Below are positions 55,777 to 64,000 of a DNA stretch of 64,000 nt, one piece after another (position 1 is the stretch's first letter; the number at the start of each line of letters is the position of its first letter). The position numbers were made by a program, and so were the translations under genes. The notes beneath the pieces are model-generated. The model was not told the origin of the DNA. It saw only the letters and a list, made by a program, of their open reading frames with translations, and searched no databases. Source of the DNA: Eledone cirrhosa (lineage: Eukaryota); contig CAXHJY010000013.1 in assembly GCA_964016885.1 (NCBI GenBank), positions 15,831 to 79,830 of the forward strand, written 5' to 3'.

Positions 55777-58700
55777 TCAGGATTTGGGCACCATGGCCCA
55801 TTCGAGAAGAGAATTACTGTTTGCGGAGACATATCCGGGTGTGGGTGGTTTGTCCGGGATTACTTGGAGGAATTTGTCCAAAGACTTCTTGAATTTTGTG
55901 TGGTCAGTTTCTGTTTTGACGTGTCCTGGTGTGATGTTGAAGAGAGCAGGGCCGATTGAGGTGAAATAATTGTGCCGTATTGTTGTTATGAGTTGCGATT
56001 TAGATTTTTGAATGGGACGGATAGCACGGGGCCCAAGCCTTGGGTGTATCTTGAAGGCGATGCCAACATCATTTGGCCAGTGATGATGGAACATTTTCCA
56101 CATCATGCAGATAATATAACGCTCACGGCGACGTTGGAGTGAGTAAAGTTTCAGGTTTTCTAATCGACCCCAGTAGTCAAGGTCTGACATGCCATCTATC
56201 TTTTTCGTGATTGCCCTTTGAGGAGCTTCAAGTTTCATGATACTTTGTTTCGTGTGGGGAGACCACAGTGGACAACAGTATTCAAGGTGTGGTTGGGCGA
56301 AAGTAGAGAAGAGAAGGATAATGGTGCGGGAATCTCTCGACTGGAAGGTTCTGAGGATCCAGGAACACATTCTGCGGGCCATGTCAACTTTGCTGCTTAT
56401 ATGCGTGGTCCAGCTTATGTTGCTGTCCACGGTTACTCCCAAGTCTCTGATGTTGTTAGATGCCACGAGAGTTTCCCCGGAGGGAAGGGAGTACAGGAGT
56501 TTCAGAGCATCCTCTTATCCAAAGTGGATCAGTTCGAATTTGTCTTCGTTCAGTAACATGTTGTTCTTTTCTGCCCATTGGGTAACAGCCAGTAGGTCTG
56601 ACTGAAGGCCTATCCGGTCATCCACGCCATTGATGACCTTTTGGAGCTTAGCAACATTAAAATTTTCGCTGATGATTCCGTGTTTGATGATGTCAGTGAT
56701 GTCATTAATATAGATGATGAAGAGAAGTGGGCCCAACACAGTGCCTTGTGGGACCCCACTACTGACTTTGGCTGGGCTTGATTTGACTCCCTCAACTACA
56801 ACATGTTGGGTTCTGTTTGACAGGAAGCTCTTGATCCACTGCAGCAGCTTTCCAGTGACACCAATATTGGACAGCTTTCTCAGTAGAATGTTATGATCAA
56901 CCCTGTCAAAGGCCTTGCTGAAATCAAGGTAGATAACATCAGTGTTGGAACCCTCTCCCAAGGCTCTCAAAATGTCATCAAAGTGATGCAGTAGCTGCGT
57001 CAGGCAATCCCTTCCATTACGGAATCCATGCTGGTTGGAGTTCAGCATATTGTTACTCTCAAGGAAGTGGGTCATTCGCGATCTCACCACTCGCTCAAAT
57101 ACCTTAATGATATGAGAGGTGAGTGAGATTGGACGGTAATTCACGGCAAGGGATTTGTTTCCCTTTTTGAAAACTGGGACAACAGACTGGGATAGAAGGT
57201 TTTCTGGCACATATCCAGCATCCAGTGAGTTCCGCCACAGATTGGCAAGAGGAGATGCAAGTTGGTGTTGACACGCCTTCAAGACACAAGCAGGGAACCT
57301 ATCGGGACCTACTGCTGAATTATGCTTGATTTCCTTTATTGCCGCCAAGACATCAGGGGCGCCAAACGTTATGTTCGATAAGGTGTAATGGGGAGTAACA
57401 TCGCCGATACAGCCCAGATCGGCCATATCAGGATTGCTGAAAACAGAGCAGTATTGTTTCTGCAGTATCTCACCCATGGTTTTAGCATTGTCTTGAAGAG
57501 TGCCATTTTCATCAATTAGAGGGCCAACAGTAGAGCCAGTGATTTTGTGTTTTTTTGCAAATGAAAAGAACACTGGGATTGAGTTTGATCTTCTCAATGG
57601 CCCAGGCCTCTTCAGCTCTTCTCTGATTGTTGATGAGGGACATTATGTTGTTTTGGAGGTTATGTTTTTTAATCTCTAGTGATGAAATGGCAGTCAAGTT
57701 GATGTGTTGCTGCTGACAGTATTTCAGCTTGTTGATTTTTTTGTTCGTTCTCTTAATTTTTCTGATGAGTGTTTTTCTATTTCTAGGGATTCTGCTCTTA
57801 GATTTGTTTATAGTTCTTAATGGGGTGTGTTTAGCACATATGTTTGTAACAGTGTCCACAAATGTCTGCCAGGACTTTTTGATGTTAGTGGGTGTATGAG
57901 TGTGCGTGAAGGACCAGTCGACATGTGCAAGATCATGACTGATCGCTTCCCAGTTTGCATTGTGGAAATCCATAGCGTCAAACGGATGGACAGGAGAGAT
58001 GACATTGGGTTTGTATATTGGACGGTGGAATCTCAGATCACAGAGAACCATGTCATGATCAGAGAGTAGAGTTTTCTCCACTGCAATATTGTGGATATTG
58101 TCAGTGTGATTGCTGAAAATTAAGTCTAGGACGTTTTTGTGGCACCTCGTTGGTTCGAGCACCAGTTGGGATAGGAAGAAATCATCCATGAAGTCAAGAA
58201 GCGATTCCACAGCTTCCCTGTCAGAGGTTGAGGCAGAAGAACCTGGTGGCAGGCTGTTTGTGGACCAGTCAACTCCGGGGAGGTTGAAGTCCCCCATCAT
58301 TAAGATGTTGTCAGGGTGACACTCTTGGATGAAACACTTTATGCTGTTGAGGCATTCCTTGAAGCATGGTACAGGCGTTTGGGGTGGCCTATAGAGCCCA
58401 ACTACTAATAGGTTGTTGGTTTGACTGAATACAGTGACTGCTTCACAGTATCCATTAGTGAATATGTTCATAGCCTCTGTTGAGAAAGAATTATGGACAT
58501 AAATGGCAGTTCCGCCCTTTCTTCTGCCAGCGCGATCAGCACGGATGGCTTTGAAATTTTTCACTTTCACCTCGGCTTCCAAGTGGAGGTTACTGAGATG
58601 GGTTTCAGTGAGGACGAAGAAAGGGATGTGGTTTGGATGGACATCAATCCAGTCCTCCAGGAATTTGATCTTCCATTTTTGAGTATTGGTGGAAGGGCTG

Positions 58701-58795
58701 ATGCCTTGGGCGTTAAGCAAAATTGTAGAGGCGAGAGTGGATGGTTTTAATTGTTTTGGTGTGTTGTTAATTTGTTTGTTTGTTAATGGCAGCAA
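55777..58795 (-). pseudogene. CR1 ORF2 (APE-RT), broken by two frameshifts/deletions and an inverted catalytic motif
   Basis: ORFs 57512-58795, 56515-57597 and 55777-56466. Confidence 0.88.
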
Positions 58796-59388
58796 TGGGA
58801 GTTTGTGCAGTGGGGTGATAGTGGAGGGTGGTGCTGGGTGATAGCTCGAATGTTTTTTTCCAGTTCTTTAGCCAGATTCATTATGGCTAAAAAAGAGGAA
58901 GAAGTTTCCTGTTTAGAAGACTGTTGGTGACTGTGGTAGTGGTTATTTTTATGTAGGTTATGGTTTTTGTTTTTGCTTTTATTTTTAATTTTATTTTCAT
59001 TTGTCCGACGGGTCCCCGGGAGATGGGTAAAGGGACAATCCCGGTCTAAACACAATCTGTCTCGCAGGGAAAAACGGCAGATTTGTGGATTCCTTGTTTG
59101 AGTTATTGGTGGTTGTGTTGGTGTTAAATTAGAGTATGTATTATGGTGGTGGCTGTTTGTGGGGATAGATCGTTTTGTCCTAGGTAAATGGGTGAATTTG
59201 CAGCCACTATCCGTACATATTCTATAGCGTAGAGAGTAGCGGCAAATGATGGGGTTTCGAGTGGGTAGGTATGTGGGTGTGTGTGTTGTGAGAGGTGTAG
59301 ATGATGGTTTGGGTAGGATTTGACGACCTTTGTGGACTGTGGGAGGGAGAGTTCTTGTTCTGGTATTAGAAGGTAAATTCCTTGACAT
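58783..59388 (-). CDS. CR1 ORF1 (probably 5'-truncated) with two CCCH-type zinc fingers
   Basis: [19 protein letters not shown] and [19 protein letters not shown] (C-x8-C-x4-C-x3-H), directly upstream of and overlapping ORF2. Confidence 0.65.
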   Translation of the reverse strand: MSRNLPSNTRTRTLPPTVHKGRQILPKPSSTPLTTHTPTYLPTRNPIICRYSLRYRICTDSGCKFTHLPRTKRSIPTNSHHHNTYSNLTPTQPPITQTRNPQICRFSLRDRLCLDRDCPFTHLPGTRRTNENKIKNKSKNKNHNLHKNNHYHSHQQSSKQETSSSFLAIMNLAKELEKNIRAITQHHPPLSPHCTNSHCCH

Positions 59389-59516
59389 AGCAGTAGACGA
59401 AAATGTATATATGTATATATATATAGATATGTATATATGTATATAGATATGTATATATGTATATAGATATGTATATATGTATATATATATAGATATGTAT
59501 ATATATATATATATGT

Positions 59517-62500
59517 TTTTGGACGTATTTAACAGAACAAATTTTGTATTTTTGTTAATCGCTTGTTAAATGCATGGACCCCATTCAATCATTACCTTCT
59601 TGCTAGCTACCCAACACCCCTCCCTCCCACCCCCACGCACCACCATTGCTATTACGTGGACCAATCATAAAACAGAGCCCCCACGCATCACCAGTATTAT
59701 TACGCGGACCAATCAGAAACCAGAGGCCTATACTATCGCTTGCCTGGTTGCCTTTCGATATACGATATATGATGGATGGATGGACTGCGGAATCCTGGAG
59801 AGTGGAGGTGAGAGAGAAAAATCTGGACGCTCAGCGACAATGCCAAAGATAAAGACAAATTCACCTCTTGGACGAGAATGCGAGCACTCCTCATTGTTTC
59901 GACCGCGGACGGCTAACATAACCCCATCGCCCCCCGCCCCTCACCGCCCCCAACCCCCAAACGCAATCCAAAACTTCAGAGTTGGTACCATAAATGTAGG
60001 CACCCTAAAGGGTCGCGCTAACGAGGTTGTAGAAATGCTTGAACGTAAGGAGGTCGATGTTTGTTGTATTCAAGAGACCAGGAGGAGGGGTGGGTCTGCT
60101 AGGTTCATTGAGGGTAAAAAACGATGTTATAAGCTTTTCTGGGTGGGAAACGACGATGGGCTGGGTGGAGTAGGAATCATGGTAGCAGAAAAGTGGGCAG
60201 ATAAGATAATAGACGTAAATAGAGTGAACGACAGAATAATTAAAATACGACTTGTCCTCAATAGAACTACGGTGACAGTAATATCTGCGTACGCACCCCA
60301 ATCCGGACTGCCCGGCACTATAAAAGACAGATTCTATGAGACACTGATGCTAACTACCTCCCAAATATCCGACAGTGACTATATAATTATCGCAGGCGAC
60401 CTAAATGGTCACGTTGGACAACATTGTGACGGCTACGACGAAATCCATGGAGGCTATGGGTTTGGTACTAGAAATGAGGAAGGCGCCAGAATCCTGGAAT
60501 TCTGTGATGCAAATAACCTAACTATCTGTAACACTAACTTCAAAAAACGTGACAATCACCTGATCACCTATAGATCCGGGGAACACACAAGCCAGGTAGA
60601 TTATATCCTTACCAGAAGACGTGACAGAGTGTCTGTTGTTAACACTAAATCCCTCCCCCATGAAGAATGCACCTCCCAACATAGACTGATAATTAGCGAC
60701 CTCATAGTCAGGACGAGACGTACTCGACAACAGAAGAGGACTATCCTCAGGAGGAAAATATGGAAGCTAAAGGACCCCACAGCCAGGAATAAATTTCAAA
60801 GCATATTACTTGATGCTTTCGACAGTAAGGAAGAACATTTAGAGTCGGACAATATAGAGGGAGAGTGGGAATTTCTGAAAGCAAACCTGCTGTTGGCGAC
60901 AGACGAGGTCTGTGGCTGGAGCAGGCCTGTAGGCAGGAGGAGAGTAACATGGTGGTGGAACAGTAAGGTGGAGGGGTCAATTAAGGCCAAAAAGCAGGCT
61001 TGGAAAGTATGGCGGGATGGGGGAAGTAGAGAGGACTATCAAGTGGCCAGGAGGGAAGCTAGGAGACAAGTGTACTTAGCAAGAAGGGAAGCTGAGGAAA
61101 GAAAGTTCAAGCATGTTCTACAACGCGATGACCAAAAACGTGAGGTGTTCAGGATTGCTAGGCAATGCGTCAAGGAAAACCGTGATATTGTCGGGGAGAA
61201 GTGTGTACTAAATGACGATGGCACACTTGCCATCACCGACGCTGATAAGAAGGTAGCTTGGAAGTGTCACTATGAAAGGCTACTAAATGAGGAGAATAAT
61301 TGGGAGAAAGGCAGTCTCCCCCATATCGACCCAATAGAGGGACCAGCAGTGTTAGTCGAGGGGAGTATAATAATTAAGGCAATCAAGGATATGAAGACTG
61401 GTAAGGCGGCTGGGCCTTCGGAAATAGTTGCTGAGATGCTGAAGGCATCTGGCACGGTGGGACACACCATGGTCACCCGCATAGTTAACCAAGTCGTACA
61501 GAATGGGGTTGTTCCGAAGGACTGGCATAGCAGCATCATCGTTAACTGTTATAAGGGTAAAGGAGACGCCCTAGATAGGAGTAACTATAGAGGCATTAAA
61601 TTAATCGACCAGGTCATGAAGGTCACGGAAAAAGTAATAGCGCAACTAATCAGAGAGAGAATTGACCTAGATGAAATGCAGTTCGGGTTTGTGTCAGGCA
61701 AAAGTACCACACGCTCTTTTCATAGTACGACAACTACAGGAGAAGTACCTAGCTAAAGGTAAACCCCTCTACTTAGCTTTTGTCGACTTGGAGAAAGCCT
61801 TCGACAGAGTCCCCCGCTCCATTATCTGGTGGGCTCTTAGAAAACTAGGCGTTGACGAATGGCTTGTGAGGGCTATACAAGCCATGTATAAAGAAACAGT
61901 CAGCAAGGTTAGAATTAACAACGAATATAGTGAAGAGTTTAGCGTAAAAGTTGGCGTCCATCAGGGCTCTGTTCTCAGTCCACTACTATTTATTATTGCC
62001 CTTCAGGCTATAACAGAGGAGTTCAAGACAGGCTGCCCATGGGAACTCCTATACGCAGACGACCTGACACTCATAGCGGAATCAATGGCCGAGCTAGAGA
62101 AGAAATTCCAAACATGGAAGCACGGCCTAGAGTCAAAAGGACTTAAAATTAACCTGGCTAAGACCAAAGTACTAGTTTGTAGGAAAGAAAACAAGGCGGC
62201 AGTCCCTTCTGGGAAATGGTCGTGCTCGGTGTGTAGGAAAGGCGTAGGTAGAAACTCCATTTTATGTCCTAAATGCAAAGTATGGGTGCATAAAAGATGT
62301 AGTGGGATCACAGGTAAGCTAACTAAGAACATAGATTTTACATGTGGCCGGTGCTCTGGTGCAATAAGTAGCAGCAAGTGCCCACAAACTACTAGCTCTT
62401 TCAATTGCGCAGAGGGTTCTATAGAAATAGTGGACAGCTTCCGTTACCTGGGCAATAAAATCAGCAGTGGGGGAGGGTGCTCTGAAAGTACTGTAGCTAG

Positions 62501-63410
62501 AGTCAGAACTGGTTGGAAAAAGTTCAGAGAGCTTATACCACTATTAGCTGCTAAAGGGTTCTCACTAAAAATGAAAGGCAGGTTGTACGATGCCTGCATA
62601 CGAACAGCAATGCTGCATGGCAGTGAGACCTGGGCATTGTGTGCAGAGGATATACGCAGACTAGAGAGGAACGAAGCTTGCATGCTCCGCTGGATGTGTA
62701 ACAGTAATATACGTGAACGGCAAAGCATAAACGAACTAAGGAAAAAATTAGAGATAAGAGGGATCAGATGTTGTTTACTCGAGAGAAGGCTACGTTGGTA
62801 TGGACACGTGATGCGCATGAAAGTCGATAGCTGTATAACAAAGTGCAGGGCAATAAAGATAGACGGTAGTCACGGAATAGGCAGACCTAGATAAACCTGG
62901 GACGAGCTGATAAACTCCGACCTCACCCACTTACACCTCTCCAAGACAATGTCACTGGACCGAGACCTTTGGCGGTACTCAGTAACAGAGAAGACCCGCC
63001 TTACCTAAATATATAGTAAAACCTACTCCAGCCAGTAGGCATCTCTAACAAAATACACCCCGTCCCACCACCACCACCCCCACCCGATCCACACCACCCC
63101 GTTCTATGTAAAGTTATGTTGGTGCCGCGCCATCGAGGCCGAAACAAATGAGATCGTGTAGGTGTCACGACAAAAAAACACACAGTCCACGCTGTAATGT
63201 GGCCGTGTAGGCAACACGGTAAAAACCTCCCAGACCCACACTGTAAATGTGGTTGGTGTTAGGAAGGGCATCCAACTGTAGAAAACCTGCCAGACAGTCC
63301 TATGCGAGCAAGACAATCACTCTTGCCTCAAGTGGGACTACCCCCGTCCAAACCCATGCAAGCGTGGAACACGGACGTTAAACGTTGATGATGATGATGA
63401 TGATGATGAT
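59517..63410 (+). mobile_element. Near-full-length young RTE LINE (subfamily A)
   Basis: 5' UTR with CCAAT boxes, APE-RT-PHD ORF, 3' UTR and (GAT)n tail; only a 2-bp deletion near 61710 and an AAA>TAA stop at 62892. Confidence 0.95.
59570..63009 (+). pseudogene. RTE polyprotein (APE endonuclease, reverse transcriptase, PHD finger) with one frameshift and one late stop
   Basis: ORFs 59570-61756 and 61671-62894; natural end EKTRLT* at about 63009 by comparison with sister copies. Confidence 0.88.
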
Positions 63411-63437
63411 GTATATATGTATATATATATAGATATG

Positions 63438-63472
<35 letters not shown>

Positions 63473-63481
63473 ATATATATG

Positions 63482-63513
<32 letters not shown>

Positions 63514-63516
63514 TGT

Positions 63517-63549
<33 letters not shown>

Positions 63550-63624
63550 GTATATATATGTATATATATATATATATGTATATATATGTATATATATATA
63601 TATATGTATATATATGTATATATG

Positions 63625-63660
<36 letters not shown>

Positions 63661-63738
63661 TGTATGTATATATGTATATATGTATATATATATATGTATG
63701 TATATATATATATGTATATATATATATACTATGTATAT

Positions 63739-63769
<31 letters not shown>

Positions 63770-63822
63770 TGTATATATGTATATATATGTATATGTATGT
63801 ATATATGTATATATATATAATG

Positions 63823-63873
<51 letters not shown>

Positions 63874-64000
63874 GTATATATTATATATATGTATATATAT
63901 GTATATATATGTATATATATGTATATATGTATATATATGTGTATATATATATATATGTATATATATGTAATATATATATATATATATATGTATATATATG
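63411..64000. repeat. (TA)nTG microsatellite running to the window end
   Basis: Read directly. Confidence 0.95.

Larger units (their letters stand above)
55701..59403 (-). mobile_element. CR1-clade LINE with 3' part of ORF1 and disrupted ORF2
   Basis: APE (LNAQG, LTETHL, LYRPP, GDFNLP, LDLIF, SDH), RT (NYRPISLT, QHGF, YLDFSKAFD, SGVPQGTVLGP) and CR1-type C-terminus (LEYCCPLWSP, SLQRRRER); flanked by TA-rich repeats. Confidence 0.93.

Overview
Eukaryotic, AT-rich, repeat-saturated genomic DNA. The SINE, RTE and microsatellite repertoire is typical of an octopus/coleoid cephalopod (inference). The only host gene recognised is RB1CC1 (FIP200/Atg11-Atg17 family) on the + strand: a 5'UTR-plus-start exon (38648-39003, ATG at 38936) and a 127-bp second coding exon (40902-41028). 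Downstream sequence appears to be one intron of more than 23 kb. The rest of the window holds about ten RTE-clade LINE copies from at least three subfamilies (each copy spanning the region carries a C4HC3 PHD finger inside the RT), one near-full-length young RTE (59517-63410), a CR1 LINE with CCCH fingers in ORF1 and a 30-bp inversion of its RT catalytic motif, tRNA-derived SINEs, hAT/piggyBac/Tc1-pogo MITEs, two non-autonomous Helitrons, a Tc1/mariner fossil, minisatellites and multi-kb (TA/TG)n arrays. Main leads: a Penelope-type hammerhead-ribozyme-like motif clamped by a 44-bp inverted repeat in the sense strand of an RB1CC1 intron; the PHD-in-RT architecture; the FADD micro-inversion; a possible uORF or editable-UAG control of RB1CC1; a candidate -1 frameshift in CR1. 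All repeat boundaries were read by eye and are approximate unless stated otherwise.
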